DNA of 64,000 nucleotides from Sphingomonadales bacterium 32-65-25 (GTDB lineage: Bacteria > Pseudomonadota > Alphaproteobacteria > Sphingomonadales > Sphingomonadaceae). Below the pieces are notes generated by a model. It was not told the DNA's origin. It did not search any database and saw nothing but the letters and a program-made list of their open reading frames with translations. The position numbers and the translations under genes were made by a program. Where the stretch lies: assembly GCA_002280855.1 (NCBI GenBank), contig NCEU01000006.1, positions 38,090 through 102,089 of the forward strand, in the 5' to 3' direction. Position 1 is the stretch's first letter. The number at the start of each line of letters is the position of its first letter. Below, piece by piece: positions 1 through 10,278 of the stretch.

Positions 1-309
1 GGCGCCGACCGCGTGCATGTAGCGGATCATCCAGCCGCCGTTGACGTCGCGCATGATGTGCTCGACCGAATCAAAGGCGACGCGCGTGTCGGCGGCAAAG
101 TGCATGGCCAGCACCACGCCGGTGATGATCTGGATCACCAGCGCCACGCCGGCGAGGACGCCGAAATTGTAGAAGGCGTTCAGGTTCTTCGGTGTCGGAT
201 AACCCGGACCCAAAGCGCCATGAACGAAACGGGCAAGCGGCAGGCGCTCGTCCATCCATTTGCCGACTTCGCTCGTCGGCTGATATTGTTTTGCCCAGGG
301 AAAGCTCAT
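1..309 (-). CDS. petB: Cytochrome b of the bc1 complex, N-terminal part (runs off the window edge)
   Basis: Manual reverse translation from ATG at 309: [25 protein letters not shown]...[13 protein letters not shown]...LAMHF...[16 protein letters not shown]; lies directly downstream of the Rieske gene. Confidence 0.95.
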   Translation of the reverse strand, partial: MSFPWAKQYQPTSEVGKWMDERLPLARFVHGALGPGYPTPKNLNAFYNFGVLAGVALVIQIITGVVLAMHFAADTRVAFDSVEHIMRDVNGGWMIRYMHAVGA

Positions 310-320
310 GCTCTTGCTCC

Positions 321-887
321 TCAGCCGATGGTCACAGCGGTGGGCGACTTGAACGCATAGGGCGGCACTTCCAGGTTCTTGGGAGCCGGACCCTTGCGGA
401 TGCGCGCGGCCGCATCATAGTGCGAGCCGTGGCAGGGACAGAAATACCCGCCGAAATCGCCCTTGGCCTCGCCTTCGGCTGCGCCCAGCGGCACGCAGCC
501 GAGGTGGGTGCAAACACCCAGCGTGATCAGCCATTGCTCGCTGCCTGGCTTGGTGCGGTCTTCCAGCTTCTGCGGGTCACGCAGAGTGGAAACGTCCACC
601 TTCTTGGCATCAGCGATCTCTTCCGGCGTCAGGTGCCGGGCAAAGACCGGCTTGCCGCGCCAGCTGGCCTTGATGGCCTGGCCAGGCTGCACAGCCGACA
701 GATCGAGATCGATCGACGCCAGCGCCAACACGTCCGCGGACGGGTTCATCTGGTTGACGAGGCTCCAGGCCACCGGCACGACGCCGGCGCCGGCAAAGGC
801 CGCCGTCGCCACATAAAGAAAATCACGGCGACGTTCGCCACCGGGACCGAGATCTTCGGCAGTCGCCTGCCGCACTTCGCTAGCCAT
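321..887 (-). CDS. petA: Ubiquinol-cytochrome c reductase Rieske iron-sulfur subunit
   Basis: Tat-like RRDFLY, Rieske boxes CTHLGC and CPCHGS, GPAPKNL. Confidence 0.97.
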   Translation of the reverse strand: MASEVRQATAEDLGPGGERRRDFLYVATAAFAGAGVVPVAWSLVNQMNPSADVLALASIDLDLSAVQPGQAIKASWRGKPVFARHLTPEEIADAKKVDVSTLRDPQKLEDRTKPGSEQWLITLGVCTHLGCVPLGAAEGEAKGDFGGYFCPCHGSHYDAAARIRKGPAPKNLEVPPYAFKSPTAVTIG

Positions 888-955
888 CTTGCCCCTTCCG
901 GAATCTGATGCATGACCGGCAAGCCCTCAGCCTGCCCGCATGACGGGCCCGGATA

Positions 956-1016
956 GACAAGGCGATGCCGCAACGCAACGGAGAAAAGCCGCACACCCCC
1001 CCGGACAAATTGGCGC
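956..1016 (-). promoter_or_regulatory. Possible RegA/PrrA-type boxes upstream of petA
   Basis: Minus strand GCGCCAATTTGTCCG (1016-1002) and TGCGGCATCGCCTTGTC (972-956) resemble the degenerate GCG...GTCGC RegA/RegR motif; match by eye only. Confidence 0.3.
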
Positions 1017-1103
1017 GGTTATGACAATCCGGTAAGGTCCATGGCCGAGCGCTGGCCACTGTAGGGGGTTTCGCGTCGCGAGAAGCCTGTCTAAAGCTTG
1101 GCT

Positions 1104-1958
1104 ATGATCGAGCTTGATGACCAGCAGAAGGCCGCGCAGGCCTGGTTCCGTTCCCTTCGCGACAGCATCTGGGCGATGCTGGAACAGCTGGAGGATGAAT
1201 CCACCCTTCCCGGTGACGCGGGCCGCTTTGAAAAGCGTGTGTGGAACCGCACCGATCATGCGGGAGGCGATGGCGGCGGCGGCGAGATGGGCATCATGAA
1301 AGGCCGGCTGTTCGAAAAGGCCGGAGTCAACATTTCCACCGTTTATGGCGAGTTCAACCCGGATTTCGCCAAGCAGATCAACGGCGCTGCCGAAGATCCG
1401 CGCTTCTTTGCCACCGGGCTCAGCCTGGTGATCCACCCGGCCAACCCGCTGGTGCCGGCAGTGCACATGAATACGCGCATGCTGGTCACGACGAAACGCT
1501 GGTTTGGCGGCGGGGTCGATCTGAACCCTGCCCTGCCCGATGCGGCTGAAACCGCCGCCTTCCATGCCGCCGTGAAGGACACATGCGATCGGCACAGCCC
1601 GGATTATTATCCGGCGCATTCGAAGTGGGCGGAGGAGTATTTCTGGGTGCCCCACCGCAACCGCCATCGCGGGGTGGGCGGCATCTTCTATGATCACCTG
1701 AACAGCGGCGACTGGGCGGCAGACTTTGCCTACACACAGGACGTGGGCCGCTGCTTCCTGGAAACCTATCCCAAGCTGGTGCGCGCCAAAATGCACCAGG
1801 ATTTCAGCGAAGCGCAGCGCATCGAGCAGCTGAAGTACCGCGGCCTCTATGCCGAGTTCAATCTCGTCTATGATCGCGGCACCACCTTCGGCCTGAAGAC
1901 CGGCGGCAACACCGATGCCATCCTGATGAGCCTGCCGCCGCTCGCGATCTGGGAATGA
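1104..1958 (+). CDS. hemF: Oxygen-dependent coproporphyrinogen III oxidase
   Basis: FEKAGVN, VHMNTR, WFGGG.DL, RGVGGIFYD, YAEFNLVYDRGTTFGL, ILMSLPP. Confidence 0.97.
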   Translation: MIELDDQQKAAQAWFRSLRDSIWAMLEQLEDESTLPGDAGRFEKRVWNRTDHAGGDGGGGEMGIMKGRLFEKAGVNISTVYGEFNPDFAKQINGAAEDPRFFATGLSLVIHPANPLVPAVHMNTRMLVTTKRWFGGGVDLNPALPDAAETAAFHAAVKDTCDRHSPDYYPAHSKWAEEYFWVPHRNRHRGVGGIFYDHLNSGDWAADFAYTQDVGRCFLETYPKLVRAKMHQDFSEAQRIEQLKYRGLYAEFNLVYDRGTTFGLKTGGNTDAILMSLPPLAIWE

Positions 1959-2587
1959 GCGAGCGGCAAGGTGGCGGCAGCATGGTGGCATCGCGGGTAA
2001 TCGCGGTGCCAGCCGGTCAGATTGCCACCATCGTCACTTGCCTCGAAATGACTGCGCCGCCGGCGCCGGCTGTGCCGGTGAAATCAGCGTTGAAGTTGGA
2101 ACGCTGGACGGCGCCCGTGGATCTGGACCGCTATCGCGCCCTGTTCCGCGCTATCGGTCAGCCTTGGTTGTGGCGCGGGCGGCTGGTGATGGATGACGAA
2201 ACGCTGGCCGCGACGTTGAACGCGCCGACGCTTGAGGTGCATGTCGCCACACGGCGGGATGGCACGCCGCAGGGCCTGCTCGAACTGGATTTCAGCGGCG
2301 ACCGCGAATGCGAGCTGGCCTATTTCGGCCTGGTCCCGGAACTGACCGGGCGCGGCCATGGGGCCTGGCTGATGGGCTACGCACTGAAACGGGCGTGGCG
2401 GGAGGGAATCCGCCGCGTCTGGGTGCACACCTGCGATCTCGATCATCCGGGCGCACTGACCTTTTACCAGCGCCACGGTTTCCGTCCTTATGAGCGGCTG
2501 GTCGAAATCTATGCAGATCCACGCGCCAGCGGGCTGTACCCGCCCGAAACGGCGCCGGCGGTGCCTCTGCTGCGCGCCGAGACCTAG
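1955..2587 (+). CDS. GNAT family N-acetyltransferase
   Basis: YFGLVPELTGRGHG acetyl-CoA motif, RVWVHTC.LDHP.AL.FY; ATGA overlap with hemF. Confidence 0.85.
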   Translation: MSERQGGGSMVASRVIAVPAGQIATIVTCLEMTAPPAPAVPVKSALKLERWTAPVDLDRYRALFRAIGQPWLWRGRLVMDDETLAATLNAPTLEVHVATRRDGTPQGLLELDFSGDRECELAYFGLVPELTGRGHGAWLMGYALKRAWREGIRRVWVHTCDLDHPGALTFYQRHGFRPYERLVEIYADPRASGLYPPETAPAVPLLRAET

Positions 2588-3294
2588 CGCAACGGTGCGG
2601 CCAGTTGGCGATAGGCCGCTGCACTGGCCCCGCCGACACCGATGGTGACAAGACAATTGCCGATGGCGGGCACCAGCGCGTGCAGGAAGCGCCCCACCGA
2701 CGCCAGCCCGCCGGTGCGCGCCACCACATCCAGTGCGGCGCCCGCGCCTTCAGCCAGGATGCCGACGCCGATCACACCGAACAGGCCCAACACCAGGAAC
2801 AGGGTCAATTGCAGGCCCTGCCCCTCGCTCAAGGCCCAGCTGCGGCGCAGCAGCGCAAAGGGCGTGCCGCCTTCGGCCAGTACCACAGCGCCCGAAAGAA
2901 ACAGCAGCCGGGCGAACAACCACAGGCCGGGCACCAGCAGCAGCAACAGGCCCAGCCCGACCGGCAATGAGCCGGAGACTTGCGCCAGTGCGTAGGCAGG
3001 AAACGCCGCCAGCGCCGCGGCCAGCGCTTCACGGGGCGTGGCATTGCCGCGCAGCACCAGATGGGTGGCAGCAAGCTGGCCGAACGCGGCGATCAGGCTC
3101 GGCACAGCCAGTCGCCACAGCAGTTGCTGGTTGCTGATTGCGTCAAGGCTGGTGGGTGCCGGCGGCCCGAACAGTTCAACCGCCACCGCCGGCAGCAGCG
3201 CGAACGGCGCCACCAGGAAAAACAGCCGCGGCAGATCTGCCCGTACGGCGGTGGACATCGTGTCCCACAGGGCGGCGGCCGACAGACGTTGCAT
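2584..3294 (-). CDS. Multi-pass membrane protein of unknown function
   Basis: About six hydrophobic segments; co-oriented downstream of grxD. Confidence 0.7.
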   Translation of the reverse strand: MQRLSAAALWDTMSTAVRADLPRLFFLVAPFALLPAVAVELFGPPAPTSLDAISNQQLLWRLAVPSLIAAFGQLAATHLVLRGNATPREALAAALAAFPAYALAQVSGSLPVGLGLLLLLVPGLWLFARLLFLSGAVVLAEGGTPFALLRRSWALSEGQGLQLTLFLVLGLFGVIGVGILAEGAGAALDVVARTGGLASVGRFLHALVPAIGNCLVTIGVGGASAAAYRQLAAPLR

Positions 3295-3330
3295 TGTCGG
3301 CCTCCTTCCCGCCACGGTATTCCAGCCGGA

Positions 3331-3663
3331 TCAGGCCGCCGGTTTGACGCCGGCTTCGGCCACCAGGGTATGCAATTCGCCGGCCTGGAACATTTCCATC
3401 ATGATATCGCTGCCGCCAACGAATTCGCCCTTGATGTAGAGCTGCGGGATCGTCGGCCAGTCGCTATATTCCTTGATGCCCTGACGGATTTCCTGATCGG
3501 CCAGCACATCAACGCCTTCGAAGGCGACGTTAAGCCGTTCGAGGATAGCAATGGCAGTGGAGGAAAAGCCGCACTGCGGGAAGAAGGGCGTGCCCTTCAT
3601 GAACAGCACGACATCGTTGCTGTTCACCAGATCTGCAATGCGTTCGTGGACTGGGTTGGTCAT
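3331..3663 (-). CDS. grxD: Monothiol glutaredoxin, Grx4 family
   Basis: LFMKGTP..PQCGFS, WPTIPQLY..GEFVGG. Confidence 0.97.
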   Translation of the reverse strand: MTNPVHERIADLVNSNDVVLFMKGTPFFPQCGFSSTAIAILERLNVAFEGVDVLADQEIRQGIKEYSDWPTIPQLYIKGEFVGGSDIMMEMFQAGELHTLVAEAGVKPAA

Positions 3664-3691
3664 CGGGAGGAATCCTTCTTGGCCGGGCTGT

Positions 3692-3922
3692 TCACGCCGC
3701 GACCGTGGTCAATTTCAAAGCATGGAGCGCACCCCCCATGCGACCGCCAAGAGCATTATACACCAGCCGCTGCTGTGCAACCCTTGAGAGGCCAGTGAAC
3801 TGCGGCGCTGTCACCACCGCAGCATAATGATCGCCATCGCCGGCCAGATCGGTGATCTCCACCGTTGCGCCGGGCAGCGCCGCCAGGATCGCCGCTTCGA
3901 TGTCGGCTGCAGCCATCGGCAT
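3692..3922 (-). CDS. BolA/IbaG family protein
   Basis: GDGDHY, F.GLSRV.QQRLVY.AL, LHAL.L.T; adjacent to grxD. Confidence 0.92.
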   Translation of the reverse strand: MPMAAADIEAAILAALPGATVEITDLAGDGDHYAAVVTAPQFTGLSRVAQQRLVYNALGGRMGGALHALKLTTVAA

Positions 3923-4239
3923 CAGGCGGCTCCGCTGATCTGGGCTTCGGCCTGGGCAAGTTTTTCGGCCAGCATCGCCTTGATGTCGTTCACGCCCACG
4001 CCCAGCCCGGCCAGATCGCCGTGCAACTTGGCAATGATGTCGTCATCGCCGGGAATTTCCAGATCCGACAGCAGCACTGACTTGGCATAATCGTCGGCGG
4101 CCTGGCCATCCTTGCCCAGCTTTTCCGCCGCCCACAGGCCAATCAGCTTGCCGCGGCGGGCAAGGATGCGAAAACGCATTTCCTCGTCATGGGCGAACTT
4201 GGTTTCAAAGGCTTTCTGGCGATCGTCGAACGTGGTCAT
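3922..4239 (-). CDS. DUF1476 protein (F1FO-ATPase zeta inhibitor family)
   Basis: MTTFDDRQKAFETKFAHDEEMRFRILARR.KLIGLWAA is the typical N-terminus of this family. Confidence 0.9.
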   Translation of the reverse strand: MTTFDDRQKAFETKFAHDEEMRFRILARRGKLIGLWAAEKLGKDGQAADDYAKSVLLSDLEIPGDDDIIAKLHGDLAGLGVGVNDIKAMLAEKLAQAEAQISGAA

Positions 4240-4437
4240 GTCATGCTGCTCCCAGGCGGGTATCCCACCCCAAATAGGTAAGCACGGCCGCCTGATCAAT
4301 GATTGTATCTCGTCTTCTTTGCCGCTATGGCCACTCGCCCGCGCTGAAGGGCCGTGTTAGCCTGCCCCGGCGCTGTTGATTTTAAGCCGCGACCTGCCCT
4401 GCACCGGGCTGGCCGCGCCGCCTTCGAAAGGTTTGCC

Positions 4438-5247
4438 ATGACCCGCCGCCGCCAGATTTATGAAGGCAAGGCCAAGATCCTGTATGAAGGTCCGGAACCC
4501 GGCACCATCATCCAGTATTTCAAGGATGATGCCACCGCCTTCAATGCCCAGAAGAAGGGCACGATCAGCGGCAAGGGCGTGCTGAACAACCGCATTTCCG
4601 AACATGTGTTCACGCTGCTCGGCATGATCGGCATCCCCACCCACTTCATCCGCCGCCTCAACATGCGCGAGCAACTGGTACGCCAGGTGGAGATCATCCC
4701 GATCGAGGTGGTGGTGCGCAACGTGGCTGCCGGCAGCATCGCCAAGCGCTTCGGCATCGAGGAAGGCACCCAGCTGCCGCGCACCATCATCGAATATTAT
4801 TACAAGGATGATTCGCTCGGCGATCCGCTTGTGAGCGATGAGCACATCGCCGCCTTCGGCTGGGCCAGCCAGGACGAGATGCACGACATCGCCGACATGG
4901 CGATCCGCGTGAATGACTTCATGGCCGGCATGTTCGCCGCCGTCGGCATCCGCCTCGTGGATTTCAAGCTTGAGTTCGGCCGGCTGTTCGATGGCGAATT
5001 TGCCCGTGTCATCCTGGCCGACGAGATCAGCCCGGATGGCTGCCGTCTGTGGGACATGAAGACCGGCGACAAGATGGACAAGGACCGTTTCCGCCGCGAT
5101 CTGGGCGGCGAAGTGGAAGCCTATCAGGAAGTCGCGCGCCGCCTTGGCCTGCTGACCGAGGACGAACCGGCCGTGCTCGACCTGGATGAGCACCGCAAGG
5201 CCAGGAGCCAGACTTCGGGCAAGGACAAGCCGACGCCGACCGAGTGA
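4438..5247 (+). CDS. purC: SAICAR synthetase
   Basis: [46 protein letters not shown]. Confidence 0.98.
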   Translation: MTRRRQIYEGKAKILYEGPEPGTIIQYFKDDATAFNAQKKGTISGKGVLNNRISEHVFTLLGMIGIPTHFIRRLNMREQLVRQVEIIPIEVVVRNVAAGSIAKRFGIEEGTQLPRTIIEYYYKDDSLGDPLVSDEHIAAFGWASQDEMHDIADMAIRVNDFMAGMFAAVGIRLVDFKLEFGRLFDGEFARVILADEISPDGCRLWDMKTGDKMDKDRFRRDLGGEVEAYQEVARRLGLLTEDEPAVLDLDEHRKARSQTSGKDKPTPTE

Positions 5248-5251
5248 CGTA

Positions 5252-6532
5252 TCAAGCCGGTGCCCAGCGCACCGGCTCGATCCGCCGCACCACAAGGCCG
5301 AAAATCAGCGTGCCGGTGCCAACGATGGCAGCGGTGACGATGAAGGCGGGGCGATAACCCGCGGCATCGACGATGATGCCGGTCATCACCGGGCCGATCA
5401 CGCCCGACAGATTGCCCAGACTTGTCTGCACCCCCACCCAGCGCCCGGCTGAGGCCGGCCCGGCCATCGTCTGGCCGATGACAAACAACAGATTGGGCAC
5501 CGGGCCATAGCCAAAGCCGGTGATGGCGATGAGGGTGATCAGCGGCAGCCAGCCCTGGATATCGGGCAGCAGCAGCAGGCCGGTCACGCAGGCCGCCACA
5601 GAGCAGAACAGCATCCGCCGCCGCCACTTGGAGCCATCGCCGCCATTGCGGATTGCCCGGTCAATCGCCCAGGCGCCAAGCGTGCCGCCGGCGATCTGGG
5701 CGATGTAGAAGACGGACGTGAGCAGGCTCATGTCGATGATCGAGTAGCCGCGCGCCTTGACCAACCACAGCGGCAACCAGCCAACAATGAAATAGAGCGC
5801 GAAGGTGCCGGCCAGGTGCAGCAGGGTGACGGCCCAGAAGGTCGGCTGGCGCAGCACGGCGGCGAGCGGGGCGGCGTTCTCAGGCGTTTCTTCATGCCGC
5901 CCCTCGCCTTCCTCGATGCCGCGGCGGGCCAGCCACCACGGCACCAGCCACACCAAAGTGGCGAGGCCGAAGACGATGAACATCTCGCGCCAGCCCCACA
6001 ATTGCATCATGGCGCCGCCGGCCAACGTGCCAATCAGCGGCCCCAGCGCGAGGCCGCCGGACAGCGAGATATTGGCCAGCCCGCGTGCGCCTTCCGGCAC
6101 CCGCGCGATGAGTTTCGAACCGCAGGGGAAGGCCACGCCTTCGCCCAGACCCATGAGAAGCCGCAGCAGCAGCAGGCCGGTGACGCCGCCGGCCAGGCCG
6201 GTGCCGACAAAACCCATGCCGATGGTGGCCAGCGCCCAGGTGGCAACGCCCAGCGCCATCAGCAGCCGCACGCTCATGCGGTCGGCGAGCCAGCCGGCGA
6301 GCGCGAGAGCGGGCACATAGGTCCAGTAGAAGCTGGAGACGATGACGCCGTAACGCTCGTTGGTGAGGCCGAACTCATCCTTGATCAACGGCGCCGCCAC
6401 GCTGACAGCACCGCGATCGATGTAGTTCAGCGCAATCGCCGCTCCGATCAGAATGATCGCCCAGCGCAACGGACCTGACAGCATCAAATTCTCCCCGGCT
6501 GGCACAGTGGCGGCGACGGATTGGGCCGTCAA
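5252..6532 (-). CDS. MFS transporter (ACS / hexuronate-like)
   Basis: LNYIDRG, G.LADR motif A, about 12 TM segments; true start may be ATG at 6484. Confidence 0.88.
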   Translation of the reverse strand: MTAQSVAATVPAGENLMLSGPLRWAIILIGAAIALNYIDRGAVSVAAPLIKDEFGLTNERYGVIVSSFYWTYVPALALAGWLADRMSVRLLMALGVATWALATIGMGFVGTGLAGGVTGLLLLRLLMGLGEGVAFPCGSKLIARVPEGARGLANISLSGGLALGPLIGTLAGGAMMQLWGWREMFIVFGLATLVWLVPWWLARRGIEEGEGRHEETPENAAPLAAVLRQPTFWAVTLLHLAGTFALYFIVGWLPLWLVKARGYSIIDMSLLTSVFYIAQIAGGTLGAWAIDRAIRNGGDGSKWRRRMLFCSVAACVTGLLLLPDIQGWLPLITLIAITGFGYGPVPNLLFVIGQTMAGPASAGRWVGVQTSLGNLSGVIGPVMTGIIVDAAGYRPAFIVTAAIVGTGTLIFGLVVRRIEPVRWAPA

Positions 6533-6576
6533 CCGGCCACTGGATCGGCGAGCAGCGCTTTGGCATCGTAGCGAGC

Positions 6577-7092
6577 ATGATCATTCGAACGCTCGATCCA
6601 TACGCTGACGCCGCCCTGCTGCCTGACCTTGCCGCGATGATGGTGGAGGCGGTGGCCGGCGGCGCTTCCATCGGATTCATGGCCGGCTTTGCAAAGGCTG
6701 ACTCACTGGCCTGGTGGCAGGGCCGGATGGCGGCTGCGGCGCAGGGCGAGGTGCAGATATTGTTAGCGCTGGATCACGGTGGCGTTACCGGCACAGTGAG
6801 CCTGGTGCCCGCCGCCATGCCCAACCAGCCGCACCGCGCCGATATCGCCAAGATGATGGTTGCCCATCGCGTTCGCGGGCGCGGGGTGGGCGCGGCCTTG
6901 CTCGCAGCGGTGGAAGCGCTGGCGGTGGCGCAGGGGCGCACCACATTGGTGCTCGACACGATCAGCGGTTCGGCGGCGGCGCGGCTTTATGAACGGGCTG
7001 GCTGGGAAAAGGTAGGCGACATCCCGACCTATGCCTTGATGCCGGACGGCGAAATGGCGCCCACCACTTTCTATACCAAGCGGCTCGCCTGA
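6577..7092 (+). CDS. GNAT acetyltransferase, Ttr (tabtoxin-resistance)-like
   Basis: QPHRADIAKMMV..RVRGRGVG, TLVLDT, LYERAGW..VG.IP.YAL.PDG. Confidence 0.8.
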   Translation: MIIRTLDPYADAALLPDLAAMMVEAVAGGASIGFMAGFAKADSLAWWQGRMAAAAQGEVQILLALDHGGVTGTVSLVPAAMPNQPHRADIAKMMVAHRVRGRGVGAALLAAVEALAVAQGRTTLVLDTISGSAAARLYERAGWEKVGDIPTYALMPDGEMAPTTFYTKRLA

Positions 7093-7743
7093 TTACTTGC
7101 TGCCAGCAAGGATCAGTGCCGCTACGCCGCCAAATGCGACCAGCGCGGCGGTGAGCGGCCAGAACAGGCCCGGAGTCTTTACCCGCTTGGCAGGCGCCGC
7201 CGGAGCAGCAGGCTTCGCAACTGCCATAACCGGTTCCGGCGCGGGCGGCGGCGGTGGGGGCGGCGGAGGTGGCGGAGGCGGCGGAGGCGGCGCCATCACC
7301 GGTTCCGGAGCGGCCGCAGCCGGCGCAACTTTGGCCTTAGGCTTGGCGGCGGTTTTGGCCTTGGCGGCCACGACTTCGGGTTCAGCCACCGGCGCCGCGG
7401 CCTTGGTCTTGGCCTTCGTCTTGGGGCGGAAATCTTCCAACCGGCCAAAGGCGTCGGCCAGCAGATAATAGACGGTGACGCGATTCTTGGTGCGATCGGC
7501 CTTCATCTGCTCGCCCACCTTGGCAATGGCGGCGTCCAAAACGTCGTCACCGTCGGTAAGACCGAGCTTCTTCTTGAGGAAATTGGCCTTCACCCGGTCG
7601 GTCTCGGTCTTGTCCGAAAAGGAAACCAGCGCGGAATCCCGATTGCGCAGCGCGATCCCACAATAGCGAACCAAGCCCGCGATGATATCGGCATCGGCAA
7701 CCGGCGCATACTTGCGCACGTCTATCGCCCAATCTTCGGCCAT
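7093..7743 (-). CDS. DUF2853 protein with Ala/Lys/Pro-rich linker and C-terminal membrane anchor
   Basis: DVRKYAP, IIAGLVRYCGIALRNRDSALVS.SD..E..RVK.NFLKKKLGL, KNRVTVYYLLA; SD-like GGGGGA before ATG 7743. Confidence 0.8.
   Translation of the reverse strand: MAEDWAIDVRKYAPVADADIIAGLVRYCGIALRNRDSALVSFSDKTETDRVKANFLKKKLGLTDGDDVLDAAIAKVGEQMKADRTKNRVTVYYLLADAFGRLEDFRPKTKAKTKAAAPVAEPEVVAAKAKTAAKPKAKVAPAAAAPEPVMAPPPPPPPPPPPPPPPPAPEPVMAVAKPAAPAAPAKRVKTPGLFWPLTAALVAFGGVAALILAGSK
7243..7290 (-). repeat. Poly-proline tract (16 consecutive Pro codons)
   Basis: ccg cct ccg ccg cct ccg cca cct ccg ccg ccc cca ccg ccg ccg ccc, flanked by a duplicated PEPVMA. Confidence 0.95.
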
Positions 7744-7851
7744 GTCTGTTTCCCCCGGTCTGAAAATCCTCAGTTGACTGACGCTAATCGTCGAATCGCC
7801 CGACTGCAATGCGGGTTGCCGCACCGCTGGCATCACTGGCAACACTGGGCT

Positions 7852-9051
7852 ATGCGGACCACTGTGCAAGGCAAGACCATCCTTCTGATCGTGGGCGGCG
7901 GCATCGCCGCCTTCAAGACGCTCGAACTGGTGCGCGAACTGGGGCGCGCCGGGGCCCGCGTGCTGCCGGTGCTCACCGAAAACGGCGCGCGGTTCGTCAC
8001 CCCGCTTTCGCTGTCGGCGCTGGCCGGCGAGAAGGTGCGCACCAGTCTGTGGGATCTGGAGGATGAGGCGGCGATGGGCCATATCCAGCTTTCCCGCGCC
8101 GCCGATCTGGTGGTGGTGTGCCCGGCCACCGCCAGCCTGATGGCGCGCGCGGCGGCGGGCATGGCCGATGATCTGGCCACCACATTGCTGCTGGCGACCG
8201 ACAAGCCGGTGCTGATGGTCCCAGCGATGAACGTGCGCATGTGGCTGCATGCGGCCACCCAGCGTAACATCGCCACTCTGCGCAGCGACGGCATTACGGT
8301 GGTGCAGCCCGACGATGGGGCGATGGCCTGCGGTGAATTTGGTCCTGGCCGGTTGCCCGAAGTGCCCAAGATCATGGCGGCAATTGCGGCGCAGTTCGGT
8401 TCCAAGCCATTGCTGGGCCGCCACGCACTGGTCACCGCCGGACCGACGCATGAACCGATCGACCCGGTGCGCTTCATCGGCAATCATTCGTCGGGCAAGC
8501 AGGGTTTCGCCATTGCCGGCGCGCTGGCCCGTTTGGGTGCGCGCGTCACGCTGGTCGCGGGGCCGGTGCATCTGCCCACCCCCGCCGGCGTCACCCGGGT
8601 GGACGTGATGACGGCGCGCGACATGGCGGCCGCCTGTGAAGCTGCCCTGCCCGCCGATATCGCGGTGATGGTGGCGGCCGTGGCCGATTGGCGGGCCGAG
8701 ACGGCGCCGCAGAAACTGAAGAAGGACGGCAGCGCCCCTGCGCCGCTGGTGCTGACCGAAAACCCTGACATCCTAGCCGGCATCGCCCACCATGCCCAGC
8801 GCCCGGCGCTAGTGGTGGGCTTTGCCGCTGAAACCCATGATCTCATCCCCCACGCTGCTGCCAAGCGAACGCGCAAGGGTGCGGATTGGATCGTCGCCAA
8901 CGATGTCTCCGAAGGCGTGTTCGGCAGCGATTCAAACCATGTTCATCTGATCACGGCCACGGGCTACGAGGATTGGGGCGGACAGGCCAAGAACGACGTC
9001 GCCGCCACGCTCGCCGCCCGCATCGCCGCGCATTTTGCAGGACACGCATGA
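7852..9051 (+). CDS. coaBC: Bifunctional phosphopantothenoylcysteine decarboxylase/ligase
   Basis: [17 protein letters not shown]...[43 protein letters not shown]. Confidence 0.97.
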   Translation: MRTTVQGKTILLIVGGGIAAFKTLELVRELGRAGARVLPVLTENGARFVTPLSLSALAGEKVRTSLWDLEDEAAMGHIQLSRAADLVVVCPATASLMARAAAGMADDLATTLLLATDKPVLMVPAMNVRMWLHAATQRNIATLRSDGITVVQPDDGAMACGEFGPGRLPEVPKIMAAIAAQFGSKPLLGRHALVTAGPTHEPIDPVRFIGNHSSGKQGFAIAGALARLGARVTLVAGPVHLPTPAGVTRVDVMTARDMAAACEAALPADIAVMVAAVADWRAETAPQKLKKDGSAPAPLVLTENPDILAGIAHHAQRPALVVGFAAETHDLIPHAAAKRTRKGADWIVANDVSEGVFGSDSNHVHLITATGYEDWGGQAKNDVAATLAARIAAHFAGHA

Positions 9052-9497
9052 TTTCGATTCCGCTCACCATCCTGCCCCATGGCGAAGGCCTGCCCCTGCC
9101 CGCCTATGCCACCCCCGGCGCCGCCGGCATGGACGCGGTGGCAGCCGTCACTGAAACGATGCTGCTGCACCCTGGCGAGCGTTTTCCGGTGCCGCTGGGG
9201 TTCTGCATGGCCATCCCGGACGGCTATGAAGTCCAGGTGCGACCGCGGTCCGGCTTGGCGCTGAAAAACGGCATCACCGTGCCCAACAGCCCCGGCACCA
9301 TCGACAGCGATTATCGCGGCGAGGTGAAGGCGCTGCTGATCAATTTGGGCCAGGAACCCTTCGCCATCGAGCGCGGCATGCGGATCTGCCAATTGGTGCC
9401 GGCCGCCGTCACCCGGGCCACGCTGGCTGTGGTCGAGACGCTGGACGACACGCAGCGCGGCGCTGGCGGCTTCGGCTCCACGGGAGTGCATGGGTGA
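9048..9497 (+). CDS. dut: dUTP diphosphatase
   Basis: [36 protein letters not shown]. Confidence 0.98.
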   Translation: MISIPLTILPHGEGLPLPAYATPGAAGMDAVAAVTETMLLHPGERFPVPLGFCMAIPDGYEVQVRPRSGLALKNGITVPNSPGTIDSDYRGEVKALLINLGQEPFAIERGMRICQLVPAAVTRATLAVVETLDDTQRGAGGFGSTGVHG

Positions 9498-10249
9498 ACT
9501 TTTCCGACGACGAGCTTGAACGCTACGCCCGTCACCTGGTGCTGCCGGAATTCGGCGGGCGCGGTCAGGCGGCGCTGGCACGGGCGCGGGTCGCCGTTGT
9601 CGGCGCCGGCGGGCTGGGCAGCCCGTGCCTGCTCTATCTCGCGTCGGCGGGCGTGGGCCGGCTGACCATCATCGATGATGACGCGGTGGCGCTGTCCAAC
9701 CTGCAACGCCAGGTGCTGTTCGAAACCGCCGATGCCGGCGAGATGAAAGCCGAGTGCGCCGCCAGCCACCTGCACGCGCTCAACCCCCATGTCGAAACGG
9801 TGGCGGTGCCGCTGCGGCTTGATGCCGACAATGTGGATGCGCTGCTGGCCGGACATGATCTGATCATCGATGGCTGCGACAGTTTCACCACACGGTTGCT
9901 GGTGGCAGATAGCGCGCTGGCCGCCGGCGTGCCGCTGGTTTCGGGTGCGGTCGGGCCGTTCGATGGCCAGGTCGCGGTGTTCAAGGGCCATGATCCCGCC
10001 CTGCCCTGCTATCGCTGCTTCGTTGGCAACCCAGAGGACCAGCCGGAGCGCAACTGTGCTGCCGTGGGCGTGCTCGGCGCGCTGACCGGCGTGATCGGCA
10101 GCCTGATGGCGATGGAGGCCATCCGCGAGCTGTCCGGCTTCTCGCCGTCCAGCGCAGGGCGCATCACCCTGTTCGACGCGATGGCTGGCCGCTTCCGCGC
10201 GATCAGCCTGCCGAAAGATCCGGCTTGTCCCGCCTGCTCTGCCCAATAG
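9494..10249 (+). CDS. moeB: MoeB/ThiF family adenylyltransferase
   Basis: [28 protein letters not shown] and CPAC zinc motifs. Confidence 0.88.
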   Translation: MNFSDDELERYARHLVLPEFGGRGQAALARARVAVVGAGGLGSPCLLYLASAGVGRLTIIDDDAVALSNLQRQVLFETADAGEMKAECAASHLHALNPHVETVAVPLRLDADNVDALLAGHDLIIDGCDSFTTRLLVADSALAAGVPLVSGAVGPFDGQVAVFKGHDPALPCYRCFVGNPEDQPERNCAAVGVLGALTGVIGSLMAMEAIRELSGFSPSSAGRITLFDAMAGRFRAISLPKDPACPACSAQ

Positions 10250-10278
10250 CTGCCGTATTTGCTGGATAATACACCCAA

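Noticed and set aside
7093-8571. 492-aa ORF suggesting a large fusion protein
   Set aside because: The N-terminal ~275 aa are the antisense shadow of coaBC; the real start is 7743.
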